Part shown: in pieces, positions 40,675-49,279 of the stretch | Numbering within the stretch: position 1 is the first letter of the stretch | Layout: each line of letters starts with the position of its first letter | From: Chloroflexota bacterium | GTDB taxonomy: Bacteria > Chloroflexota > UBA11872 > VXOZ01 | Direction: 5' to 3' | DNA length: 64,000 nucleotides | NCBI GenBank assembly: GCA_965221905.1 | Contig: OZ244922.1 | Span: 1,952,001 to 2,016,000, forward strand | Translations under genes and position numbers: made by a program | The notes under the pieces: generated by a model | What the model saw: the letters and a program-made list of their open reading frames with translations, nothing else | Database searches by the model: none | What the model was told of the DNA's origin: nothing

Positions 40675-40709
40675 ACGTGAAACATATCACAAGCCCCTGA
40701 CGTGCGCAA
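40675..40709 (-). promoter_or_regulatory. Promoter of rex-nuo with Rex-type operator overlapping the -10
   Basis: Minus strand TTGCGC-N17-(TG)nTATGTT at 40709-40681. Operator TTGTGATATGTTTCACGT at 40692-40675 versus Rex consensus TTGTGAA-N4-TTCACAA. Confidence 0.7.
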
Positions 40710-41205
40710 CTAATTAACACTGTTTTAAGTTAGGGGCCGTCCTATCGCTTTGCCTTCAAGCGATTCCTGCAAATCAAGATGAATAGGGGCTGCAACCGGT
40801 AACGGATATTCCTGGATTTAAGGCTGCGTGCGCCGGATGCGTGGCGTGCTCCCGGGTTCGCTTGCTCTTCAATCGGAGGATGACGCCATTCCGGACAGTG
40901 CTTGTCGTTTCAAGCGCGCGCGCACCGTAGATGTGTTGAACAGCGACCAAAAAGGAGATGGCCGGCGTGAGTGGGGGGGGCTTTGGCGAAGTTGGCACAT
41001 TTGCTAGCCGGTGGTAGATTGCGCTCGGTAGAATCGAGCAACCCCTTTAGGGCTGGAGGATTCGAGGCAAGGACATTAAACCTACCAAGGCATTGATTGG
41101 GGGGGTATGAGCGTTGCTACAACCCGCTCCTCGGGTTCGAACGAGCAAGGCGCCAAGCAAGTGCTACGCAGTCAGAGTGACAAAGGTAATAGAGGTATGG
41201 CCTGC

Positions 41206-43029
41206 TCAACCCGATTGCTGTGGCGCCGGGGCTGCCTGCTCCCCAGGAGGCAATTCCTTTGTACCCACCACCCAGCGTTCCTGCCAGGGCCGGTAGCGGC
41301 TCCTGAATTGATCGAAACGGCTGCCTCCATCCGCAACAATCTCTCGTTGAATCTCCGTTTCGACGCCGTCCGCAGCCCACTCGACTTGCCGGCGCTCGCC
41401 AAGAGGTAGATCGGGGTCCAGCTTGTCGGGCAAAGGCTCTCCGTGGGGAACCCAGTTCTTGGCAACTGCGGGCAGCATGCGCACCCCGCGACTCGTGGCT
41501 TGGCCATGGAACACAAACTTTAGAGTCATTTCCTTTTCGTCAATGTGTGTCTGAATGAGGATCGGTTGGTCGGAGTCGTTGACGAACTTGAGGTCTAGGC
41601 CGGGGTCATAGACCGCAGCATCAAACCCCGGCGGACTGCCGTCACGCTCGTAATAGCCGACGCGGTAGGAGTGCTGATTGCGTTCTGTGATTGGCAAGCC
41701 GGCCCAGAAAGCCGCTCGGAACATCGTGGTGGAGACCTGGCAAACGCCTCCACCGACGCCGGGAACTGTTTGATCACCGAAGATAATGAGACTGGCTTGG
41801 TAGCCGTCTTCGCGCGTAATCGGGCCGAGCACGTCTAAGAAGGAAAACGTCTCGCCCGGTGGGACTACGTAACCATGAAGCTTAAGCGCTGCTAATGCAA
41901 TGTTGTGGGCGCGCTCAGGCGGTGAATCGGCAAACAATGAGGTGCCCTCCGCAATGATGTTGTCGAAACCCCATTCCCGCATATTCTCCGCCGTGTAGAC
42001 TGGTTCTCGCACCTCGGCTGGGAGATAGAGGCCCGTCACCCCTTGCTGTATCGCGGCTTGCGCCGTGGCAATAAGCGTGTCGGTATCGGTCTGAAAGCCT
42101 ATCTCAGCAGGCGCATCCAGCGTAATGTCACCATCGCGAACGGAAAATCGTGCATTCTTTGGGGGCCGGGTCGCTTCTGTGGACACCTGATCAAGCCATT
42201 CCTTGAGCATCTTTGGCTCTCCCATGATCTCAAGCCGCCCTTGCTCAGGATCTTGTAAAATCTGTATCCAAGAATTCAGCGTGGTCCCTGGAACCTGCCA
42301 TGCGTCACCCGCAAGCTCAAAGCGCAATCCCTGGGCCACGAGACGTTCAAAGACCGACTTTACCTCTTCTGCTTTCTGCAGAGTAATCGGAGGGATAAGA
42401 GTTTCGACGGGCAATTCGATTGCCTGTCGCAGCGGCGGGTCCGCGGGAAGCTTCATTAATTGAAGCGTTGCGTCGCGATCCAGCCACTTGCCCTCTTCAC
42501 CAGGCATGAGACGCACTTGGTCTGCTTGACGATCGAGCAACGAGTTTACAGGCTGACGGTCAATTCGTTCGGCGATCGCATTCAAAAATTGCAGTGCTAC
42601 CGCGGAGTTCAGGTAAACCGGCATTTCTACGTAGTTGCGTGAATGCAGTCCTAAGAACCATAGCCACATGCGCCGTCTTTCCGACGCAAACACGTCCTCA
42701 ACTGCTTTCTCAATATCTACGATAATCCCGATTTCCTCTGCCGAGGGTATCCACGTAGTACCTTCGTAACCAAGTTCTACCGGGCTTTTGATGTAATCGC
42801 TCCACAGTGCCGTCACCCTAGCGTTTGCCTCTTCTACGGATAAGCCGGAAATGTCGACAGAGCCAATGGACGCCCCAGGCAACGCGTATCTGCCCGCCTG
42901 AGCGCGCAGCACGCCATATGCCGAGCCACCGGCGAGAGCGGCAAGCGGAACTGCGCCAGCTTTCATGAGCAGCCGCCGGGAAATCATCCGAGAGTTCTTC
43001 TTCCAGGCGAACCGTGACTGCATTGACAT
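41206..43029 (-). CDS. VanW-family protein with PG-binding-4-like repeats, Tat-like signal
   Basis: SRRLLMK + hydrophobic helix; RAHNI, PGETFSF, GGGVCQVSTTMFRAA, ERNQHS, DLKFVN. Confidence 0.9.
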   Translation of the reverse strand: MSMQSRFAWKKNSRMISRRLLMKAGAVPLAALAGGSAYGVLRAQAGRYALPGASIGSVDISGLSVEEANARVTALWSDYIKSPVELGYEGTTWIPSAEEIGIIVDIEKAVEDVFASERRRMWLWFLGLHSRNYVEMPVYLNSAVALQFLNAIAERIDRQPVNSLLDRQADQVRLMPGEEGKWLDRDATLQLMKLPADPPLRQAIELPVETLIPPITLQKAEEVKSVFERLVAQGLRFELAGDAWQVPGTTLNSWIQILQDPEQGRLEIMGEPKMLKEWLDQVSTEATRPPKNARFSVRDGDITLDAPAEIGFQTDTDTLIATAQAAIQQGVTGLYLPAEVREPVYTAENMREWGFDNIIAEGTSLFADSPPERAHNIALAALKLHGYVVPPGETFSFLDVLGPITREDGYQASLIIFGDQTVPGVGGGVCQVSTTMFRAAFWAGLPITERNQHSYRVGYYERDGSPPGFDAAVYDPGLDLKFVNDSDQPILIQTHIDEKEMTLKFVFHGQATSRGVRMLPAVAKNWVPHGEPLPDKLDPDLPLGERRQVEWAADGVETEIQREIVADGGSRFDQFRSRYRPWQERWVVGTKELPPGEQAAPAPQQSG

Positions 43030-43564
43030 GCTAGGGCTCCAGAACGAAATCTTTCGGTTCTGTTTTCATCGAAACGAGCGTACCGTTAGTCGATACGGGC
43101 TGGTGACTTGCCATGGCTCTAAGGGCCGCGCCGACGGCTGTGCTTTCGTATCCACTACAGAATCGCATTTGTCGGCAAGCAGCCGCATTCACCATTCTAA
43201 ATGTTGAGTAGAGAGTCCTTTTCTTCTTTGTCTCTAAGCAAGAGTGAAACAAGGGCATTCGGAATAGTCAGACGGTAAGGTCGGAAAATAGGCTGAGGTA
43301 AGCAACGTTGGGCAATCGGTGGTTGACGATGAGACGAGTCTGGAAACTGCCAAAGCGCGCGCGTGAGTGCGCCTCGCGCAGGCCGAACTGTCCACGGGGA
43401 TCTGTCGCGGTAGAAAAAAGACAGGGCACTTCGGTGCATGCGCGGGACTGCGACGGCACCACTTGCTCTGCCATGTGATCCAGAAAGCAAGGTAAGCCAC
43501 TTTTGCCACGCCATATTGACTTTCCTCGCCATTGAGGCTCCGTGGTCTCCTTACTTCCTACAAT

Positions 43565-43573
43565 ATTATAGCA
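43565..43573 (-). promoter_or_regulatory. Extended -10 promoter element (TGcTATAAT)
   Basis: Perfect TGnTATAAT on the minus strand about 535 nt upstream of vanW. Confidence 0.5.
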
Positions 43574-43900
43574 CCTCCCCATAAGAAAGTGTCTTGTCCG
43601 ACATATTGACCAATTTTCAGGTAGTTTTCTCGAAGCAAGTTATTGCAATACTGTGCGCCCTTCGGGCACCCTCACCTGCTAGACCTAAACAGCGTATGCA
43701 GACAATTTCAACAACCTCGAGAATATTATTGAAACAGTCGATACACACATTCAATAAACTTGACTAACGCTAAGTATCCTCTCAGGAATTCATGTCAATG
43801 TAGAGGGGAACAGCCATATCGGATTTGTTAGGGCTGTCAACATAAAGAGGAGCCGGAACTAGTAGACCTAGGCTTGAAGCCTTTGCGAGGCAGCGGTTCT

Positions 43901-43962
43901 TGTCATTCCGAGCGCAGCGAGGAATCTAGAGTCGGACGCTTTCTAGTTTCCTCGCTGCGCTC
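43901..43962. repeat. REP-like hairpin (GTCATTCCGAGCGCAGCGAGGAATCT family)
   Basis: Unit at 43901-43927 and truncated inverted unit TTTCCTCGCTGCGCTC at 43947-43962. Confidence 0.8.
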
Positions 43963-44223
43963 CCCAAAGTGGCAGTTTGAGGGTCAGGCTTAGGCCTAGG
44001 TACGGCCACGTGTCTTGCATGTGACCCATCTAAGCCCAAAGCTACTAATTCCGAGAGGAGCATTGGGGAGCTTTCCTCTGCAAGATGGCCTGCGCGGCCG
44101 AACGCTAGCGGCTGCACCGAAGCCGGCTATGGAGGCGCCGCGCAATGCCGCAGGGCATGGCCGCAAGAGTCCGATGGTGTGTAGTGCGAATACGCTCTTT
44201 GGTGCGGAATCTGCCACTTGGAG
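43963..44223. mobile_element. Putative ~260-bp MITE
   Basis: Left end CCCAAAGTGGCAGTTT versus reverse complement of right end CTCCAAGTGGCAGATT (13/16 match); starts exactly where the REP arm breaks off; no credible ORF. Confidence 0.5.
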
Positions 44224-44452
44224 TCCTTTGCGTGACCCCTTCCCCCTTGTGGAAAATGGACGCGCGGGGCTACAAGGCCTGCCTGCAGGGCGAGCAATGG
44301 TTAATGTCTTTGAGGCGCTGGTGGGAGGTGACGACGTGGCAACACCGTCACGAGTATTCCGCACCGTAACCGCATGGCGGATATGAGGTAAGAATGACAA
44401 GCCTTCGGCAGCGCTCCACCAAGTTTGAGCTGCACCCTTGAATCGTCTCGCT

Positions 44453-44848
44453 CTAATCGAAGACGGCAATCGCATCTATCTCGACCAGCCAGTCTTCACC
44501 AGACAGCGAACCGATCTGCACCATGGTGGCTGTGGGATATGGGGCCTCAAAGATCTCATTGCGGATGCCGGTGACGACGGCGCGATAGCGGATGTCTGTG
44601 ACGTACATATTAAGGTGCGCCACGTTCGCCAGTGAGCCGCCTGCTGCCTGGCAAAGCGCCTCGATATTGGCATAGACCTTGCGCGATTGGGCCTCGATGT
44701 CGCCCTTTCCAACCAGATTGCCATTCTCGTCCAGCGGAAATTGGCCGGCAATGAAGAGGAGGCGCTTGCCGCCTTCAATCATCAGGCCCTGTGAAAAGTT
44801 GCTGAAAGGCGGGCAGACACCCTCGCCTAGGATCGTAGTCTTTTCCAA
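44453..44848 (-). CDS. RidA/YjgF family protein
   Basis: FSQG, FIAGQ, DIEAQ, IRNEIF..PYPTAT, LVEIDAIA. TTG start at 44848 after AAGGAG. Confidence 0.9.
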   Translation of the reverse strand: MEKTTILGEGVCPPFSNFSQGLMIEGGKRLLFIAGQFPLDENGNLVGKGDIEAQSRKVYANIEALCQAAGGSLANVAHLNMYVTDIRYRAVVTGIRNEIFEAPYPTATMVQIGSLSGEDWLVEIDAIAVFD

Positions 44849-44882
44849 TTTAATGCTCCTTGAACTGCTGAAAGCCGGCTCT

Positions 44883-44909
44883 AGATTTCTCGCTGCGCTC
44901 GAAATGACA
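44883..44909. repeat. REP-like unit, inverted copy of 43901-43927
   Basis: Reverse complement TGTCATTTCGAGCGCAGCGAGAAATCT matches 43901-43927 at 25/27. Confidence 0.8.
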
Positions 44910-44972
44910 TTAAGTGTCTCCAAATGACACTAATTGCCAATAGAAGAGACTGAGGAAGGCTGCCAACAAGGA

Positions 44973-45002
44973 TTCGCCCCCTCTTTCTTCAGAGGGGGCG
45001 AA
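44973..45002 (-). terminator. 12-bp perfect hairpin downstream of the SBP gene (terminator or mRNA stabiliser)
   Basis: TTCGCCCCCTCT-ttcttc-AGAGGGGGCGAA; weak U-tract. Confidence 0.6.
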
Positions 45003-45036
45003 CATCTGACCAGAATTACACCAAGAAGGACGAGCC

Positions 45037-46470
45037 TTAACCCTTATTGGCGTAGTACTCGTCAATCATCGCCTGCATGATCTTGCCGGCGCTTTGCATG
45101 GCGTCCGCGACGGTCATTTCCTGCTTCCACGCCATGTTCATGTGGTCCAAGTAGACCCGGCGAATATCAACATAGTTGGGGTAGATTTGCGTCATGAAGC
45201 CATTGCCCTCGCCAATCGGCTCCGTGATTGGGGTCAACTCGCGCGGCGGACGCGCCTTCTGCTCCGCCAAGCGCGGGTCGTCCCAGGCCGACCTGATTAC
45301 GGGCATGCCGTAATTGAGCAACGTGGTGACGCCGACCTGCACCTCAAGATCGGTGCTGACGAACTTTATCAGTTCCCACGTGGCGTCCGGATACTTGGCG
45401 CCCGACCACATGTACTGCACCGGCGTGTAGCTGCCCACTGCATCCGAGTGAGTGCTCTTGACGGTGTGGGCCGGGAAGCGCCGCGCTTTGACCGGCAATT
45501 CCTCGACGCCCGGCACGTTCCAGCCAGATTCAGTGTTGAACCACGTGTGGAATACCGCAGCGCGCTGGTGCACAAACGGTGAATCACGACGTTGTTCCGC
45601 CGGAATGGTGTCATTGAGCGCCGCAACGTCGTCCCTGGTCGGCTTCACGCGGTACCTAAACTCAAGGTCATACAGGAACTGTATGACGTCAATGAACTCC
45701 GGTTCGTGCAGCCGGAAACGGGAGTAGTCGTCACTGACGAAATTCGTGCCGTTTTGGATCAGCATCGTCGGCACTTCGGTGGTGGAGTCATTGCGACTAT
45801 AGAAGCCCCAAATGGGATTCTGATCGGCGCTGGAACGCTGGGTGATCTCGCGCGCTATCTCGAGCAATTCGCCGCCATCACTGGGATTCCAGCTTTTCGG
45901 CGGTTCGTTGATGCCGAACTTGTCGAGAAGGGCCGTGTTGTAGATTTGGATAGTAGCCAGCACGCCGTAGGGGAACGTCCATAGCTTGCCTTCCGGGTCC
46001 TGCAGCCAATCGATTCCCACCACGTCGGCAAGCGCTGCCGCATCACGCTGGACAAAGGGCGATAGGTCAGCTATATAGCCGGCGTCCCGATACTGAGGAT
46101 AGCGGGTGGGTTCCGGACCGAGGATGTCCGGCGACGACCCGGCAGCGAGTTCGACGACCTGCTTTTCCATGAGCACCCGATACGCCATGGACTGCCAGTT
46201 GACCGTAATGTTGGGATGCAGCTCCTTGAACGGGCCAAGCACGAGGTCCTCGAACGCTCCAGCGTTCTCGTGGATATTCACGACCCAGTTAACACTGACC
46301 GTCGCCTCTTCCATCTTGGGCATGTCGTCAGACTTCGGCGCCTCGGCGGACTCTGGCGCAGCTGCCGGCGCCGCGACCTGGCCGCAGGCAGCCAGCGCAA
46401 CCATGGTACCCATGCCTGCCGTTGTTGCCATTAGTCTCCGACGCGTCATTAGAGTTCGCTGTCCAGTCAT
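45037..46470 (-). CDS. Extracellular solute-binding lipoprotein (carbohydrate SBP family 1), Tat signal
   Basis: TRRRLM + LAAC lipobox + Ala/Pro linker; HPNITV, IYNTALLDKFG..EPP..W, ATWELIKF. Confidence 0.9.
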   Translation of the reverse strand: MTGQRTLMTRRRLMATTAGMGTMVALAACGQVAAPAAAPESAEAPKSDDMPKMEEATVSVNWVVNIHENAGAFEDLVLGPFKELHPNITVNWQSMAYRVLMEKQVVELAAGSSPDILGPEPTRYPQYRDAGYIADLSPFVQRDAAALADVVGIDWLQDPEGKLWTFPYGVLATIQIYNTALLDKFGINEPPKSWNPSDGGELLEIAREITQRSSADQNPIWGFYSRNDSTTEVPTMLIQNGTNFVSDDYSRFRLHEPEFIDVIQFLYDLEFRYRVKPTRDDVAALNDTIPAEQRRDSPFVHQRAAVFHTWFNTESGWNVPGVEELPVKARRFPAHTVKSTHSDAVGSYTPVQYMWSGAKYPDATWELIKFVSTDLEVQVGVTTLLNYGMPVIRSAWDDPRLAEQKARPPRELTPITEPIGEGNGFMTQIYPNYVDIRRVYLDHMNMAWKQEMTVADAMQSAGKIMQAMIDEYYANKG

Positions 46471-46594
46471 TTTCTGCTGCCTCCGTACTCAAACCAATAC
46501 TACTCTTTTATGCCCATAGCGAGACTCTGAGTCACTAAAGGCGCAAACTACCGCGCCACTGCTCTAGGCCTCCTTTCCACCCGGCATTCGCTAG

Positions 46595-46638
46595 GCATGA
46601 CCTATCATTGACAACACTGTGTCAATGATAGGTCATGC
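46595..46638. repeat. 19-bp perfect inverted repeat between the two SBP genes
   Basis: GCATGACCTATCATTGACA-acactg-TGTCAATGATAGGTCATGC. Confidence 0.85.
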
Positions 46639-46676
46639 GGCATATAATTGCCAAGCGTCCTAGGAAAACAACTCTA

Positions 46677-48107
46677 CTACTGATTCGCCCAGTAGTCGTC
46701 AATCACGCCCTGCGTGTGCTTGCTGGCGTTCTGCATCGCTTCCTCAACCGTCAGCTTGTGCTCCCAGACCAGTTTTTTCTGCTCGTTGAAGAATCCCAAG
46801 TGCTCCCGCCAACCGGGGAAGATTTGGGTGATAAAGCCGCGGCCTTCCCGCAGCGGCGTGGCGATGGAGTCAATTTCCCGGGGCGGACGGGTCTTAGTCG
46901 CCACCAGACGGGGATCGTCCCACGCCTTTGCATTCGCCGACAGACCGTAGTTGAGCAGCGTCGTCACCGCCACACCGAACTCAATGTCCGACATGGCGAA
47001 CTTCATGAACTCCCAGACGGCATCCGGGTGTTTCGCACCGGACCACATGTACATGACCGCCGTCCAACCGGCAACCTTATCGGAAGTTGGCCCTCCTTTG
47101 CTGTTCTCCAGCATTGGTACAGCCTTCATGGGCAAGTTTTCCACGTCCGGGTGGGTCCAGCCGCTCTCGGCGTTGAACCAGGTATTGTTCATCGCCGCGC
47201 GCCCGTGCACAAAGAGCGCATCGCGATGCCGGCCCTCGCCCAGGGTCTCTACAAAGCCCGCCTTGTCTTCGGCAGTCGGCGCCACGCGGTACTTGAACTC
47301 CAGGTCGTACATGAACTGTATGGCCTCGATGAACTCGGGCTCGTGCATGGTTGCCCGCGTCAAGTCGTCGGAGAGGAAGTTGGCGCCGTTCTGAACGATG
47401 TAGGTACTCATTTCGGTTGTGTAGTCAGCGCCAGAGAAGATTCCCCAAATCGGGTCTGGATCGCTACTGGACCGACTTGTAATCTCCCGCGCTACGTCCA
47501 GGTACTCGCCGCCGTCGTGGGGGTTCCATGTACGGGGCGGCTCGCTGATGCCATACTTGTCGAAGATGGACGTATTGTAGATGTGGATGGTGCCGAGCGC
47601 CGTATAGGGCATGGACCAGAAGCGCCCCTGCGGGTCAATGATCCAATCAAGCGCCACGGTGTCTCCGAGTTGACTCTGGTCGCGCTTGTAGAGGTCGGTG
47701 ACTTCCCGCACAAACCCCTTGTCCGTCCACTCAATCCACCGGGTTGGATCGGGAGTGAGAATGTCGATGGCCTCATTGGCGGCCAGTTCAGCCAGCATCT
47801 TGTCGTAATGCGCTCGGTACGGCGAGCCCTCGTACTTGAGGTCGATGTCGGGATGCATCTCCCTGAACCGGTTAATAACCCCGTCCTCAAAGGCTTGCGC
47901 GTTCTCCGCGACGTTTACGATCCAGCGCACGTTGACGGTTGCGGGTTCCATCTTGGGAGTGTCTTCAGCCTGCGGCGCCTCACCGGCTTCCGGTTCTGCG
48001 GCCGGAGCCTGGACTTGGCCGCAGGCTGCTGCAAGGGCCGCGGCGCTCAGGCCCGCCGAAACACCGAGAAACCGCCGCCGACTCAGACCGATGTCTGTAG
48101 AACTCAT
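46677..48107 (-). CDS. Extracellular solute-binding lipoprotein, Tat signal (paralog of 45037-46470)
   Basis: SRRRFLG + LAAAC lipobox; colinear shared motifs HEPEFI, FVH.RAA...TWFN.ESGW, YMWSGAK. Confidence 0.9.
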   Translation of the reverse strand: MSSTDIGLSRRRFLGVSAGLSAAALAAACGQVQAPAAEPEAGEAPQAEDTPKMEPATVNVRWIVNVAENAQAFEDGVINRFREMHPDIDLKYEGSPYRAHYDKMLAELAANEAIDILTPDPTRWIEWTDKGFVREVTDLYKRDQSQLGDTVALDWIIDPQGRFWSMPYTALGTIHIYNTSIFDKYGISEPPRTWNPHDGGEYLDVAREITSRSSSDPDPIWGIFSGADYTTEMSTYIVQNGANFLSDDLTRATMHEPEFIEAIQFMYDLEFKYRVAPTAEDKAGFVETLGEGRHRDALFVHGRAAMNNTWFNAESGWTHPDVENLPMKAVPMLENSKGGPTSDKVAGWTAVMYMWSGAKHPDAVWEFMKFAMSDIEFGVAVTTLLNYGLSANAKAWDDPRLVATKTRPPREIDSIATPLREGRGFITQIFPGWREHLGFFNEQKKLVWEHKLTVEEAMQNASKHTQGVIDDYWANQ

Positions 48108-48186
48108 GCCTTACCTCCCAGTAAATACAGTACTGACGACTATTTCACATGACACTCTCAAAGGCGCTCTAAGCCACTACCTCCTT

Positions 48187-49029
48187 CTACACGCAATCTG
48201 ATCGATCTTGGGAGAGTGCCTCTCTTAAGTCCTTTCCGGTAGCAGTGAGTGCACCGCCAATCTCCAGCCAGTGAATAAATGCCTTAGTTATAAGGTTTTC
48301 ATCGGTGGACCATGCCGTCTCCGAAGCGGCCGTACAGTCTCGCAATACAATGGCGCGATAGCGGTTGCGGGTCTGCAGGATGCCGCCCGGCTTCATGAGA
48401 AGACAGAAGTTCAAAAGGAAGCCCACATAGACGAGATTGAGAATCTTGTGCTCCGCCAAAAAGCGCTCGATCTGTTGAGGCTGCGAAAATAGGTGGTCGC
48501 GCGGGTCCGGCTTCACACAATCGGCAAAGTCGTAGTTTGCCTGGATTTTGCTCCAGGGTTCCCTATAGCCTGCGCCAAAGACCGTGCTGTGGTATTCGGT
48601 CAGCAGTTCTTTGCGGAATTCGGGCGGCGGCCAGTCGAGGGTATCGTTGTCCGCTTGCGCCGGGGCGGGCTCAGGCGGCTCCGCCCAGGGATAGCGTGCC
48701 AGGACTTGGCGCGGTTCGTTGTGGATGACCGGCACGCCGGCTTCACGCGCCGCCTCCAACGCGGGCACGATCTCTTCTTCCATGATCTTGCCGGCCCGCT
48801 TTGCCACGCCGTGCCCGCCCATATAGTTGTATTCCCAGTATTTCTCCACACCGGGGATCACGGGCTCGCCATCGCCACCTAAGTTCCACATGTCAATGGC
48901 GACTACGGCCGTGTTCGTGCTATCAAGCTCCACCGTTTTGTGTACGTGACCGTAATTGCGGTCGTCGTACGCCTGCCCGGGCAGCGGGTAGACCCGATAG
49001 GAGCGCACCGGCAATTGAAACGTTACCAT
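48187..49029 (-). CDS. Cysteine hydrolase (isochorismatase-like family)
   Basis: TAVVAIDMW, AAREAGVPVIH, LVYVGFLLNFCL, VLRDCT. Confidence 0.8.
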   Translation of the reverse strand: MVTFQLPVRSYRVYPLPGQAYDDRNYGHVHKTVELDSTNTAVVAIDMWNLGGDGEPVIPGVEKYWEYNYMGGHGVAKRAGKIMEEEIVPALEAAREAGVPVIHNEPRQVLARYPWAEPPEPAPAQADNDTLDWPPPEFRKELLTEYHSTVFGAGYREPWSKIQANYDFADCVKPDPRDHLFSQPQQIERFLAEHKILNLVYVGFLLNFCLLMKPGGILQTRNRYRAIVLRDCTAASETAWSTDENLITKAFIHWLEIGGALTATGKDLREALSQDRSDCV

Positions 49030-49115
49030 GAGTGATTTCCCCCACGCGCAAGTTTTTCTCAAACAGGTCTTCGCCTAGGACTCACCTTACGGGTGCATCA
49101 TTCAGCACAAGATCA

Positions 49116-49243
49116 CCCTTCGACAGGCTCAGGGCGAACGGTTAAGGACAGCTCATTGGCAGTTCAAGAAGCCCCTTCATGCTGAGCGTGTCGCCCGTTC
49201 GTGCTGAGCTTGCCTGTCCTGAGCCTGTCGAAGGGTCGAAGCA
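49116..49243. repeat. Composite REP-like repeat (CTTCGACAGGCTCAG family) with a nested unit
   Basis: CCCTTCGACAGGCTCAGGGCGAACGG identical to 22183-22208, followed by three inverted or partial arms. Confidence 0.85.
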
Positions 49244-49279
49244 CCTCTTGGCCTGCTGAGCGGGAACACGAGCTTCACA

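Noticed and set aside
43445-43470. T-box-like AAGTGGTGCCG
   Set aside because: No UGGNACC bulge, antiterminator partner or stem I, and the downstream gene is not amino-acid related.
43480-43530. GAGGAAAGTC and TGGCTTAC resembling the RNase P RNA P4 strands
   Set aside because: Only about 20 nt apart rather than about 300, and the bulged-U P4 pairing does not fit.
43981-44036. HDV-like ribozyme
   Set aside because: Crossing helices are present, but the P3/L3 and J4/2 catalytic elements do not match.
46635-48152. 505-aa plus-strand ORF (also 29081-30067, 51550-52476, 53808-54806)
   Set aside because: Antisense shadows of well-supported minus-strand genes, with no recognisable motifs.
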